A DNA stretch of 64,000 bases from an uncultured Gemmatimonadales bacterium (GCA_963695555.1 CAVOGR010000001.1:320001-384000); one strand, 5' to 3'; positions 39,216-49,226 are shown, counted from the stretch's first letter. Made by a program: numbers and translations. The notes: generated from the sequence alone by a model not told the origin.

Positions 39216-41663
39216 TCAGCGGTAAGCAGGCTCGGCGATCCCGCGCTCGTCCACCCGCCACGGGGTCCAGGCCAGGGCGACCTTCCCGATCGCGATGTCC
39301 GCTTTCCGAGGAGTGATCGTCTTCTCGGACACGTCGCTGATTCCCTCTTCCATGGAGGCGCGCACGGCCTCGAGCTCCTGCTCGAGTTCAGCTCCAAGCG
39401 CGTCGAGTTGGGCCTGGAGTTCCTCGACCTCCTGCTGTGCGCGCTCGATATCGCCCTTTTCACGCGCAGCCCGACCGACCCCCCGCGCGGCCGTGCTCGC
39501 CCGTCCAATGGTGCCGATGCTGGCCGCCTTGCGCCCGAAGAGTGCCCCCAACACCGTGGCGCCAACCGAGATGGCCGTCTGGGCCTTGGCCTGTTGGTAC
39601 TGCGCCTCCTGAACCCGGACCTTCCGGTCCGCGGTCTGCCTCCGGGCCTCGATCCGCTCCAACTTGGACGCGTACTGCTTGCGCAGCTTCTCGATCGCTT
39701 CGTCTCGTTTCTCCCTCGATGCCTCCCGGACTTGGATGCCGAAGTCGGCCTCGCTCTCGCCCGGTTGTGACACCAGCTTGAACGGTCGGCATTGGAACAG
39801 CGTGAGTGGGAGGGTCTGATAGAGGTGCGTCTTGTATTTCTTGGCCCAGGACTCGTAGCGCTTGCCTTTGGTTGCCTCGGAGGGCAGGGACGAGAACTCG
39901 ACTTCGTTCTCGGGGTCGGAGAGCAGTTCCGGAGCCCCATTGGGCAGCAGCGCGGCCTGGTCCCACGTATCACTCGGCACCTGGTCTGCCAGTGGGGCGA
40001 GGTGGGCGACGGTCTGCCATTGATCCAGCCCGAGTTTGGCATCGACATAATGGAGGTCGGCCGTACCCAGCAGGGCAGGGCGGTACACCAGTCGGGCACC
40101 GGCGGCCGGGATGGCGACGGGCAAGAAGTACTCGGGGACATCCGGGGCCAGCACGGGCCGGGCCCCGACGGTGCGTGCGATCACGTCCGGTTGCGCTGGC
40201 GTCGCAGCAGGTGCAGTCGCCTTGGCCGCCTGAGCCTCTTTCCGGGGCGCCATGAGGGTCTGGATCTGCGCCCGGGTCAACGGCCCGCGGAGATACGACA
40301 ACGCCCAGCGGGTCTGGAACACGACCGGCACATCCTCATGGACGTTGTTCATGAGGAAGACCCGGCTCTTCAGCCCGGCCAGGACTTCTCCCATGCGCTG
40401 ACGGTCGAACCTGGCTCCGGCCGCGGCGGAGGCGCCTTCCAAACCTTCCAGCACTCGTTCCTTATCGCGCTCGGTTTGCAGCCGGCCGAGGAACCACGTG
40501 CCGGCGTTGGACAGCCCCTTGTAGTCGAGGTCGACGGGATTCTGCGTTGCCAGGACCACGCCGACTCCATAGGCCCGGGCCTGTTTGAGCAGCGTCAGCA
40601 TGGGCGTCTTGCTGGGTGGGTTGGCGGTTGGCGGGAAGAAGCCGAAGACCTCGTCCATGTAGAGCAGGGCGCGGAGGCTCGCGGTTCCTGATTGCGCCCG
40701 CATCCACGCAATGACCTCATTGAGCAGCAGGGTAACGAAGAACATGCGCTCCGGGTCGGACAGGTGGGCAATCGACAGGATGGCAATTCGGGGTTTCCCG
40801 TCCGCCGTCCACAACAGCCGCTTGACGTCCAGCGGTTCGCCCTCGAGCCACCCGGCGAAATCGGGCGAGGCGAGCAAGCTGTTCAGCCTGAGCGAGAGCG
40901 CCATCCGATCCTTGGGCGGGAAGAACGTGTCGACGTCCATGACGCCGATGGTGGTGACCGGCGGCGTCTGGATCTCCCGGATCAGCCGCCCGAGGTCGAG
41001 GTCTCGTCCCTGCCGCCAGGCGGCGTCGAACAGGGTGGACAGGAGGATATGTTCGCGGCTGGTGATGGGGTCTGCATCGATCTTGACTAGAGCGAGGATG
41101 CCGGAGACGGCGGAGGAGATACGATCGCGGAAGGCATCCGCGTCATTCACCAGATCCGGGGCGGGCGCGGCGAAGGACCGCAAGATGTTGAGTGGCAGAC
41201 CGGCGCTGCTGCCCGGGGTGTAGATGGCGAGATCCACCGCGTCTCGAAAGCGCCGCACCCGGGCACCGTCTTGTCCCCATTGGGCCAGGCCCTCCCGCCA
41301 TTGGTCGGCGACCGTGGCGGCGTACGCATCCGGGGAAACTCCCTTGCGTTCCGCCTCACGCTCATCGATCCATGGTCGGAAATCCGCAGGGCGAAGGTCG
41401 GGAAAGCTCAGGAGCAGGTTACCGATGTCGCCTTTCGGGTCGATCGCGATGGCCGGGATGCCATCGATGGCCGCCTCCTCCAACAGGCTCAGACAGAGAC
41501 CGGTCTTGCCGCTCCCGGTCATGCCCACGCAGACTGCGTGCGTGGTCAAATCCTTCGCATCATACAGCACGAGGTCAGGCTTGGTCTCACCGGAAGCCGC
41601 ATCGAACAGTCGACCCAGGTAGAACGAGCCCAGTTTCTCGAAGACACTGGTTTGGTCGGTCAT
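39216..41663 (-). CDS. HerA/FtsK-superfamily ATPase (DUF87-like) with C-terminal coiled coil
   Basis: Walker A GMTGSGKT, IDPKGD, Walker B LYMDE, LATQNP motifs. Confidence 0.88.
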   Translation of the reverse strand: MTDQTSVFEKLGSFYLGRLFDAASGETKPDLVLYDAKDLTTHAVCVGMTGSGKTGLCLSLLEEAAIDGIPAIAIDPKGDIGNLLLSFPDLRPADFRPWIDEREAERKGVSPDAYAATVADQWREGLAQWGQDGARVRRFRDAVDLAIYTPGSSAGLPLNILRSFAAPAPDLVNDADAFRDRISSAVSGILALVKIDADPITSREHILLSTLFDAAWRQGRDLDLGRLIREIQTPPVTTIGVMDVDTFFPPKDRMALSLRLNSLLASPDFAGWLEGEPLDVKRLLWTADGKPRIAILSIAHLSDPERMFFVTLLLNEVIAWMRAQSGTASLRALLYMDEVFGFFPPTANPPSKTPMLTLLKQARAYGVGVVLATQNPVDLDYKGLSNAGTWFLGRLQTERDKERVLEGLEGASAAAGARFDRQRMGEVLAGLKSRVFLMNNVHEDVPVVFQTRWALSYLRGPLTRAQIQTLMAPRKEAQAAKATAPAATPAQPDVIARTVGARPVLAPDVPEYFLPVAIPAAGARLVYRPALLGTADLHYVDAKLGLDQWQTVAHLAPLADQVPSDTWDQAALLPNGAPELLSDPENEVEFSSLPSEATKGKRYESWAKKYKTHLYQTLPLTLFQCRPFKLVSQPGESEADFGIQVREASREKRDEAIEKLRKQYASKLERIEARRQTADRKVRVQEAQYQQAKAQTAISVGATVLGALFGRKAASIGTIGRASTAARGVGRAAREKGDIERAQQEVEELQAQLDALGAELEQELEAVRASMEEGISDVSEKTITPRKADIAIGKVALAWTPWRVDERGIAEPAYR

Positions 41664-41879
41664 GGTAGTTCCCACGAACTCCGCTGGAGTGGTGTTTCGG
41701 TCTGCACGGAACAGGTCTGAGGCTAGTCGAAGATGCGATGCCTGGCCAGTCCCGAGAGCTATGCCCTGACGAAGTGACATCGCGGAGCGGCCTGCCGGGC
41801 CGGTCGAGACCCGGCCGACTGGTCCAACTGTATTATTTCATTACGAATTCTCTTAGGATTCTCTCCGGTACCAGCCTTC

Positions 41880-41904
41880 TAAGCTATTGTCAGATAGCAT
41901 TTTA
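41880..41904. promoter_or_regulatory. AT-rich TAA-N19-TTA element, copy 6
   Basis: TAAGCTATTGTCAGATAGCATTTTA, closely similar to copy 1. Confidence 0.45.
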
Positions 41905-42037
41905 TAGAGCAACCCACCACAAGACCAACGGTAATGTGTCAAAAAACTCAGAGTTGCCACAAGGGCCTGCATTCGCCAAGTTGCCGGTCCTTCCTCCTTG
42001 TCTCAAGGGGAATAGCCAAATCCGGAAGGAGTCATCG

Positions 42038-42313
42038 GTGAGAACTGCTGGGCTGCGGAATGAGCGCGGAGTGGCCTTAGCCATCGCCGTCGTCAGCCTG
42101 GTCCTCATCGGAGCCTTACTCACCACCACGATCTGGGTCGGTCGGCAACGGCAAACATCCGCCGTTGCCCCGGCTCGGGTCCTCGATATCGGGATCGAAG
42201 CACTCGCCCCCGTTCCCCAGGCCCGCTCGGGTCAGCTCGACAGCCTCACCGTCGGGGGAACGGTGGAACCGCTCACCGATTCAGCGCGGCCAGCGTCTCC
42301 TCGAGATCAGTGA
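42038..42313 (+). CDS. Short PilX-like (type IV prepilin) protein
   Basis: AAGGAG RBS and GTG start. RNERG|VALAIAVVSLVLIGALL matches a class III signal peptide plus hydrophobic helix. Confidence 0.6.
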   Translation: MRTAGLRNERGVALAIAVVSLVLIGALLTTTIWVGRQRQTSAVAPARVLDIGIEALAPVPQARSGQLDSLTVGGTVEPLTDSARPASPRDQ

Positions 42314-43667
42314 ACTTGATCCGGGGACGTCCAACCGACTGTCCTCGCGCCTGTTCCAGTTCATCCAAGCGACACCAGTCTCCGTACGACACAATGCGCC
42401 CGTTCTTGGATCGCAGGAGCTGCTCGATGGCGGCTCCATCTGCCGCGGACGCTTCGAGGGTGACACCCTTCGCCATATCCTCGACCATGCAGGCCACGGT
42501 CTCCTTGGCATCGGGCTTGTTGGTGCCGATAACACCGCTCGGGCCCCGTTTGATCCACCCGCTGACATAGAGGCCGGCGCTCGGCTTCTCGTTATCCAGC
42601 ACGCGGCCAGCCTGGTTGGGAACGATCCCGGCTCTTGCGTCGAAGGGTAGGTCGGCCAGCGCCACGCCGTGGTAGCCCACCGACCGGAACACCATGCCGA
42701 CGGGCAGGGTCTCGAACTCTTCGGTGGCGACGGGACGGAGGCGCCCGTCCGACTCGCGCCGCAGCAGGTTCCGCACCAGACGCATGCCGGCCACCTCGCC
42801 GGCGTCATTGCCGATCAGCTCGACCGGCGACACGAGGAAGCGCAAGGTGAGCGTTCGCGGCTTGCCCGTTGGCTCGCGGCCTGCGAGCTCCTGGATGATA
42901 TCGAGCTTCTTCTGGAGGTCGCGGTCGTCGCTCTGTGCCGCGTCCGCGGCACTGACCGGGTCGAGTGCGGCTTCCTCGGGCGGGATGACGAGGTCCGCGC
43001 CCGCCAGGTTGCCGAGCTCGCGAATCTCCGGATTCGTGAAGGCCGCCTGGGCCGGACCGCGTCTCCCGACAACGACCACCTCCCGCACCTGGCTGTGCTC
43101 GAGGGCCTCGAGCGCGTAGTCGGCAATGTCCGTCGTCTTCAACTCGTCGACCGTGCGGCACAGAATGCGGGCGACGTCGACCGCGACATTACCCACGCCC
43201 ACGACGGCGACACGTTCCACCGACAGGTCGAACGTCTTGTCCCGAAAATCGGGGTGACCGTTGTACCACGCGACGAACTCGGTGGCCGGATGGCTCCGGG
43301 CCAGGTCTTCACCGGGAATGCCGAGCCGACGGTCCGTCTGGGCTCCGGTGGCGAAGCAAATCTGATGGTAATGGCGGCGGAGCGTCGCGAGGTCGACGTC
43401 GGAGCCGACGTCGACGTTCCCGAAGAAGCGGAACCCAGGGTTGGACGCCGCCTTTTCGAAGACGCGGGTGACTTGCTTGATCTTCTGGTGGTCGGGCGCG
43501 ACCCCGAACCGCACCAAGCCGAACGGCATGGGCAACCGTTCGAACATGTCGACCTGGACCCCACGGTCCAGCCGCTTGAAGAGGTCTTCAGTGACGTAAA
43601 AGGCTGCCGGACCCGACCCGACTACGGCAACCCGTAATGGATTGGTCTCGCTCCCGAGCGCACTCAC
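42273..43667 (-). CDS. Ferredoxin-NADP+ reductase (FprA / adrenodoxin-reductase type)
   Basis: VVGSGPA, FGLVRFGVAPDH, WYNGHP, GVGNVAVD, GRRGP, GWIKRGPSGVIGTN motifs. Confidence 0.93.
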   Translation of the reverse strand: MSALGSETNPLRVAVVGSGPAAFYVTEDLFKRLDRGVQVDMFERLPMPFGLVRFGVAPDHQKIKQVTRVFEKAASNPGFRFFGNVDVGSDVDLATLRRHYHQICFATGAQTDRRLGIPGEDLARSHPATEFVAWYNGHPDFRDKTFDLSVERVAVVGVGNVAVDVARILCRTVDELKTTDIADYALEALEHSQVREVVVVGRRGPAQAAFTNPEIRELGNLAGADLVIPPEEAALDPVSAADAAQSDDRDLQKKLDIIQELAGREPTGKPRTLTLRFLVSPVELIGNDAGEVAGMRLVRNLLRRESDGRLRPVATEEFETLPVGMVFRSVGYHGVALADLPFDARAGIVPNQAGRVLDNEKPSAGLYVSGWIKRGPSGVIGTNKPDAKETVACMVEDMAKGVTLEASAADGAAIEQLLRSKNGRIVSYGDWCRLDELEQARGQSVGRPRIKFTDLEETLAALNR

Positions 43668-43689
43668 GAGTGACCTCCGTTATCAGGAG

Positions 43690-44028
43690 TTAGCGACGTG
43701 TGGTCGCGCTCGCGAGCTCCTCCACGATTCCCTTGAAGTCCACGAATTCCGGCGAGGCCCCATTCACGTTGCCTGCCCTGATATCCGCCAGGATCTGTTG
43801 GCAGATGTCGGTTCCGCGCCTCAGTCGAAACGCGCCGATGAATGCCTCATAATCGTCTGCCTGGGCGCTGCTCAGGATCGCCCACAAGCTCAGCCGCACG
43901 TTGTCGACCACGGCCTTCAGGTCCTCCAGCCCCTCGGGCGGGGTCTTGCCACCCTTGACCTCCGTCTCGATCGACGTCAGAGCGTTCTTCAGGTCCTGGA
44001 CGCGCTGGGCGAGCTCGTGCTGGGCCAT
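43690..44028 (-). CDS. Hypothetical helical protein (112 aa)
   Basis: GAGG RBS, GC-rich third codon positions, fills the gap between genes. Confidence 0.75.
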   Translation of the reverse strand: MAQHELAQRVQDLKNALTSIETEVKGGKTPPEGLEDLKAVVDNVRLSLWAILSSAQADDYEAFIGAFRLRRGTDICQQILADIRAGNVNGASPEFVDFKGIVEELASATTRR

Positions 44029-44217
44029 GTGGGATCCTCGTGCTCGGCTTTCGTGGGAGTGATGGAGGCTGCTGCGCAACCAACCCAATTTAGCATCCTC
44101 GGTGCCCCAGACGAAGGCGGCTGAGCAACCGCGTTACCGCCCCCTCCAGGATTGGTCCGCGCGGTGATGGGCGTCTCCCAGAGCACGCAGCTCGCCCGCT
44201 GCGTCTCGATACCCTCC

Positions 44218-46416
44218 CTAGAAGCTCGAGTCGAGGGTGATGAGCAGGTGCCGGCCCGGTTCCGGGCGGAAGAAGCTGGCATTGGCGGATTCGGCGTAGA
44301 GCGTGTTGGTGAAGTTCGCGAGCGTCACCGCAACCCGCTGCGTGAACCGGCCCTGCCGAAACAGCGTGGCCCCCGCCCGGGCGGAGTGAACGGTAAACGC
44401 CGGCACCACGTCGCCGATCGGGTTGGTGCCCAGCGCAACGTCCTTGCGATCACCATTGTAGCGGATCTCGTATTCGGCCCAGAATCGGTTGTCGGATTCC
44501 GTGTAGCGAATTCGGCCGGCGAGATTGTTGGAGAACGTCTCACCGACCGGATTGAGTGGGTTCAAGACGTCCTTGGAAGACAGGTGCGTGTACGCTCCAT
44601 GCACGGACAGACCAGCCGGTAACTGGGTGCTGGCGGACAACTCCACGCCCGTGAAGCGGAGCTTGTCGACGTTCACGTTCTGAAAGACTGGCAGCGTGTT
44701 TACGGTATCGGTCGTCGGGGCGATTCGAATGCCGTTCCGGATCTCGTTCCGGAAGACAAAGCCCTCGAGGCTGAACCGACGATCCTGATATCGAAGCCCG
44801 ACGTCGATGTTGAGGCTCGTCTCCGCCTTGAGGTCCGGATTACGCGCTTGGAACGCAGCACCCTCCGGGGTGGGCCCGCTGAAGAATCGTTCCACCAGGT
44901 TGGGTGAGCGGAATGCCCGTCCAACCGCCCCGATCACGTTGAGGTTGTCCGTCAGGCCGTAGATGACATTGGCCGCTCCGACGACGGTTTGACTGCTCTT
45001 CGAGACCAGCGCGTCATTCACGTCCTGGGTCGGTCGTGTCGAAGCGCGTGTATCCTGAAACCGCGCCCCGAGGATGACCGAGAGCCGCTCCGCCACATGG
45101 AAGTCGCCTTGGGCAAAGATGCCGAGGCTGCGAAAGGTGGCGTTCGGCACCTGCGGCGTGCTGTCGATCTCCGGCACGGGCGGGCCGAAGCCGATCACGG
45201 CGGTTTCGGTGCGATCGGTGTTCTCTGACTTGTCACGGAACATGTCGACGCCATACTTCACAATGTGATCCCTGGCTACCAGCTTGGTGGCCTCGAGCCG
45301 GAACCCGTACGTCGCCAAGTCGGTGAAGTTCTTGTTCTGGATGACCACGCCCGCGCCCGGTGGCGCACCGCCGCCGAAGGGCACGAAGATGCCCAGGTCC
45401 AGATCTCGCTCGTTGTCCTGGTAGTATCCCAACACCTCGAGCTTGTCGGCCAGAGGCATGTGCAAATCGGAGGCGTGGTAGCCGGCGCTCACCTTGTCGA
45501 ACCGCTGTGCCGGGTAGGTGATCTGGATCAGCGGCAGAGTCGGCGCGTAGGCGGCGGGGTCGACATACCCAAAGCCCGTGGTATCGGCACGGTAGCGTTG
45601 GTACTTCACGAACACTTCGTGCCCGGGTTTTAGGTCGTAGCTCAGCAGCGCCTGGACGCTCTCATCCTGGACGCCGGTGTCATTGACCCGCACGTCGTTG
45701 CCAAGGGAGATGTTGCCGAACGATCCCGAAGGCGCGTCATAGGAGCCGGCATCGCGGTAGGTCCCGCTCAGCAAGAATCCGATCCGTCCGGTGCGGCCCA
45801 TCAGCGAGGCGACGCCTTTGTGTTGCTCATTGTAGGTGCTGTAGCGATACCCCAGATTCCCATGCACGCCCTCCTGCGTCGGAGTGCGCGAAATCAGGTT
45901 CACCACGCCCCCGATCGCGTCCGTTCCGTAGAGCACCGATGCCGGTCCCCGAACCACCTCGACGCGGTCAATCGTCGCGACATCCACGAGAGAGGGCACC
46001 TCGCCGAAATCCTGCTGCCTCCTCGAGTTGTTGAGCCGCAGCCCGTCTTCGAGCAACAGGATACGCTGCCCCCGCTGGCCGCGAATCGTGGGACGAACCT
46101 GCGCCGCCCCGACACCACTCACGCCGAGCCCGGGTTGTACGCGGAACAAGTCGGACACCGTGTTGGGGGCTTGCTCGCGAATCGCCGCCGACCCGAATAC
46201 GAGCGTCGGGGTGGGCACCGAGAACACGTTGGTCGGCGTGCGTGTCGCGGTCACCACGAGTTCTTCCACTTCGATGGGTGGCCGGGTTGCCCGAGCCGAG
46301 TCCTGGCTTTGCTGAAGAGTGGCGGCATGCGCGGGGTTTCGGACGCTCATGCCGAGGGTGAGGCCCGAGCACAGGATCAACGACGTTACAGCGAACGAAG
46401 GACGGAGCATGGTCAC
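44218..46416 (-). CDS. TonB-dependent receptor
   Basis: Signal peptide, TonB box EELVVTATR, plug VEVVRGPASVLYG..AIGGVVN, FRSP...NPDL motifs of heme-receptor type, C-terminal Phe. Confidence 0.95.
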   Translation of the reverse strand: MTMLRPSFAVTSLILCSGLTLGMSVRNPAHAATLQQSQDSARATRPPIEVEELVVTATRTPTNVFSVPTPTLVFGSAAIREQAPNTVSDLFRVQPGLGVSGVGAAQVRPTIRGQRGQRILLLEDGLRLNNSRRQQDFGEVPSLVDVATIDRVEVVRGPASVLYGTDAIGGVVNLISRTPTQEGVHGNLGYRYSTYNEQHKGVASLMGRTGRIGFLLSGTYRDAGSYDAPSGSFGNISLGNDVRVNDTGVQDESVQALLSYDLKPGHEVFVKYQRYRADTTGFGYVDPAAYAPTLPLIQITYPAQRFDKVSAGYHASDLHMPLADKLEVLGYYQDNERDLDLGIFVPFGGGAPPGAGVVIQNKNFTDLATYGFRLEATKLVARDHIVKYGVDMFRDKSENTDRTETAVIGFGPPVPEIDSTPQVPNATFRSLGIFAQGDFHVAERLSVILGARFQDTRASTRPTQDVNDALVSKSSQTVVGAANVIYGLTDNLNVIGAVGRAFRSPNLVERFFSGPTPEGAAFQARNPDLKAETSLNIDVGLRYQDRRFSLEGFVFRNEIRNGIRIAPTTDTVNTLPVFQNVNVDKLRFTGVELSASTQLPAGLSVHGAYTHLSSKDVLNPLNPVGETFSNNLAGRIRYTESDNRFWAEYEIRYNGDRKDVALGTNPIGDVVPAFTVHSARAGATLFRQGRFTQRVAVTLANFTNTLYAESANASFFRPEPGRHLLITLDSSF

Positions 46417-46498
46417 ACCGGGAATAGGAGGGCGAGATGTGTGTCACACGGTGGAACGCCGCCCAGAGCGGCATTCCGGCAGTGGTGACAATCAAGCT

Positions 46499-46562
46499 AG
46501 GAGAAGAATCCCGAGCGGGGTATTCGGAAAAACACCCACCGGAGGGTCGGGAAAACTACGGA
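46499..46562. promoter_or_regulatory. Three imperfect 16-bp boxes at 24-bp period upstream of the TonB receptor
   Basis: AGGAGAAGAATCCCGA, TTCGGAAAAACACCCA, TCGGGAAAACTACGGA. Confidence 0.35.
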
Positions 46563-46581
46563 GTCGATCGGTGCTGCGGGG

Positions 46582-47238
46582 TCAGGTATTCCTGAGGTCG
46601 GATTCGAGGGCAAACCGAATGAGACCCGCCATGTTCCGAATGTCGAGCTTTCGCATGAGGCTCTCGCGATGGGTCTCGACGGTGCGCGGGCTGATACCGA
46701 GCTCGGCTGCGATCTCCTTGCTGGTGAGTCCGTTCGAGACCCGGACAAGAACCTCGCGTTCGCGCGCCGTCAGCCGTTCGAACGCGTTCTGTCGCTGTTG
46801 GTCTTCGAGTTCGCCTCTCAAGGCCGCGCTGAGCTTGTCAGCCACCGGGGGGCTGTAGAACGTCCGGCCACCGTGGACCGCGCGGACTGCCTCGCGAAGC
46901 TCGGCGGGCTGCCCGTCCTTGAGGACGTAGCCGTGGGCGCCGGCTCGCACGGCCTGGAGCAGATATTGGGCGTGATGGTGCATGCTGAGGATGAGGACCC
47001 GAACGTTCGGCAGCGTCTGTCTAAGCTGCGCGGCCGCGTCCAGGCCGGACCCTCCTTCCATCGTGATGTCGAGGACGGCCACATCGGGCTCGTGCTGCTG
47101 GGCCAATGCGAGGGCCTGATCGCCTCGCCCGGCCTCGGCCACGACGTGGAATCCCTCGCTCTCCGCCAACACCTGACGGATGCCTTCACGAACCAGGGCG
47201 TGGTCGTCGGCGATGAGCACGCGAATCGGCCCGCTCAA
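46582..47238 (-). CDS. NarL/FixJ-family response regulator (REC + LuxR HTH)
   Basis: IADDH, VLDITM, GYVLK, LTAREREVL, ISPRTVETHR motifs. Confidence 0.95.
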   Translation of the reverse strand: MSGPIRVLIADDHALVREGIRQVLAESEGFHVVAEAGRGDQALALAQQHEPDVAVLDITMEGGSGLDAAAQLRQTLPNVRVLILSMHHHAQYLLQAVRAGAHGYVLKDGQPAELREAVRAVHGGRTFYSPPVADKLSAALRGELEDQQRQNAFERLTAREREVLVRVSNGLTSKEIAAELGISPRTVETHRESLMRKLDIRNMAGLIRFALESDLRNT

Positions 47239-49013
47239 GAACCGGCCCCGTCGCGTGGGAGCCGGACCTCGAGCATCGCCCCCGCTCCGGGCTCGCCCGA
47301 TATCGAGACCGACCCGCCGAGCGCGAGAATCCGCTCGCGCATTCCCGTGAGTCCCATGTGTCCTCTGCGTTCCAATGAGTCGAGTGTGTGATCCGGTGGG
47401 ATGCCCCGTCCGTCATCCCGGATCGAGAGATATATCCCTCCCGGGTCCTCGGTGAGCGTCACAACCGCCGACTTGGCCTGGGCATGGCGTGCCACATTGG
47501 CGAGCCCCTCTTGGACCGCTCGGAAGATGGCCAACTCCGCCTCCTCGCCCAATGCCGACAGCCGGGCTGGGCAGCGAAGCTGGATGTCCAGGCCACTCTG
47601 CTTGCCGAAGTCCTCGGTGATCGCCCGAAGGGTGGGACCCAGGCCGAGTTCGTCCAGCAGCGGTGGGCGCAGCACATCGGTAACGCTGCGAATGCTCCGA
47701 ATGCCGGTGTCGACCAGTTCGAGGACCCGGTCGATGCGGGGGACCTCATCGGGAACCGCCATCTCCCTGAGCAGGCCAAGCTGGAGCTTGACGGCCGATA
47801 ACACCTGGGCCGTTTCGTCATGCAGTTCTCGGGAGAGCCGCCGCCGCTCGGCCTCGTACTGGTCGAGCATTCGAGTCGTGAGCGCCTCGAGTTCCGCCGT
47901 TCGGACGGCCAAGCGTCGATAGAGATCGGCGTTCTCGAGGGCCGCTCCCACCTGCTGGCCGAGCGCGGTGAGGAAGTCGGTGTCCAGGGCGGCAAACGGA
48001 TCCCTGGCGTCGCCCACGATGACCATCGATCCGATGACAGTCTCCCCGTGCACCACCGGCAACGAGGCAAAATAGCTGTAGCCCCACTCCGAGCCGGGTC
48101 CATCGAGCCCGTGCACGCTCTCGGGCTGCCCCGTTTCCAGGCTGCGATTGATTGCTGCTTCCGCTCGCGGAGTGGGCTCCGTTCCCAGCCACGTACGGCA
48201 CACACCGGCGCCTCCGACATAGCGCCCGGGAGCGGGAGACCGTGCGTAGAGTGCGCTGCCCCGCACCCCGGGGAGTGTCAGAGGACGCTCGAGCAGCGCT
48301 GCCAGGACGCCGGCCTGGTCGATTGGCTCGTCGCCTCGTTGAAGGTCGCCGGATAGCGTTGACAAGGTCCGAATGCCGCCACGCAGGTCTTCGAGCACCA
48401 GCAGGAGTATTCCCGCGCCCACGGCCAACTCGAAGACGATGTCCAGGTAGTAGCCCCACGGATTCCATGCGCCGCGCGCCCGGAAGAATGGGTAATCCAG
48501 GTGATGCAGGCTCCAGAGCAGCATGGTTGCCGCGAGAACCGCTGCCGCCCAAGAGCCGACCTGTCGGTGGTGTTGCAGGAACACCCATCCGGTCCACAGG
48601 GTGGCCGCGCTCAGGAAGACAACGGCCGGAACAGCGGCGAGGTAGAAATTGTCCAACTGATAAATGGCGGCATACGCCCAGATCGGAGGGAACAGAACCA
48701 GCAGCAGATAGCGCCGCCTGAACTCGAGCTGCCGGGAGAAGATGAGCGCGGCCCACAAGATTGCGAGAGCGGTCCACCCCGTCACCACCTGATGCCAGTA
48801 CAGCCAGATACGGTCGCCGCTCGCCATGAACGTGATGATGGCCGTGAGCCGGAGGGCGTACATGGCCCACGCCAGGGCCCAGTAGAGGAAGTAGCGTTTG
48901 CGGTATTGCTGATAGAGGAAGACGCAGAGTCCGGCGAGTCCGAGCGTGACCGCGGCCTGGAGGAATGGTGCGGCGAAATCGGTGACAGCCGATTGGGGTA
49001 GTTCGAAATCCAT
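47235..49013 (-). CDS. Membrane sensor histidine kinase (about 7 TM + GAF-like + HisKA_3 + HATPase)
   Basis: ERRRLSRELHDE, QEGLANVARHA, DDGRGI, GLTGMRER motifs. Confidence 0.93.
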   Translation of the reverse strand: MDFELPQSAVTDFAAPFLQAAVTLGLAGLCVFLYQQYRKRYFLYWALAWAMYALRLTAIITFMASGDRIWLYWHQVVTGWTALAILWAALIFSRQLEFRRRYLLLVLFPPIWAYAAIYQLDNFYLAAVPAVVFLSAATLWTGWVFLQHHRQVGSWAAAVLAATMLLWSLHHLDYPFFRARGAWNPWGYYLDIVFELAVGAGILLLVLEDLRGGIRTLSTLSGDLQRGDEPIDQAGVLAALLERPLTLPGVRGSALYARSPAPGRYVGGAGVCRTWLGTEPTPRAEAAINRSLETGQPESVHGLDGPGSEWGYSYFASLPVVHGETVIGSMVIVGDARDPFAALDTDFLTALGQQVGAALENADLYRRLAVRTAELEALTTRMLDQYEAERRRLSRELHDETAQVLSAVKLQLGLLREMAVPDEVPRIDRVLELVDTGIRSIRSVTDVLRPPLLDELGLGPTLRAITEDFGKQSGLDIQLRCPARLSALGEEAELAIFRAVQEGLANVARHAQAKSAVVTLTEDPGGIYLSIRDDGRGIPPDHTLDSLERRGHMGLTGMRERILALGGSVSISGEPGAGAMLEVRLPRDGAGS

Positions 49014-49226
49014 CGGTCAAACAAAGGACGATGAGGTGTCGGAGCGCAATAGGCCGTAGCGCGTGCCGGGAGCCTCCTCATGCGCAGGTTGGTCCGGCAC
49101 TGGAGCAGGATTGAGGCGACGGGCAAGATCCGTCAGCGTCGAGGCTCGCATCCGAACCTCCGTGTACCCATCTTTCTCCGAGCGATTCTCTCATTCACGT
49201 GCTCTGCCACTCCAGGGATCTGACGT

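Noticed and set aside
39212..40141. N-terminal extension of the 576-aa ORF (similar extensions on kbl, mltG, DUF4350, moxR and the sigma54 regulator)
   Set aside because: These extensions overlap upstream genes or promoters and have low-complexity R/P/S composition. Downstream starts fit the family lengths better.
39216..41663. HerA-based anti-phage defence system
   Set aside because: There is no adjacent nuclease, Sir2 or other effector, and no defence-island or mobile context.
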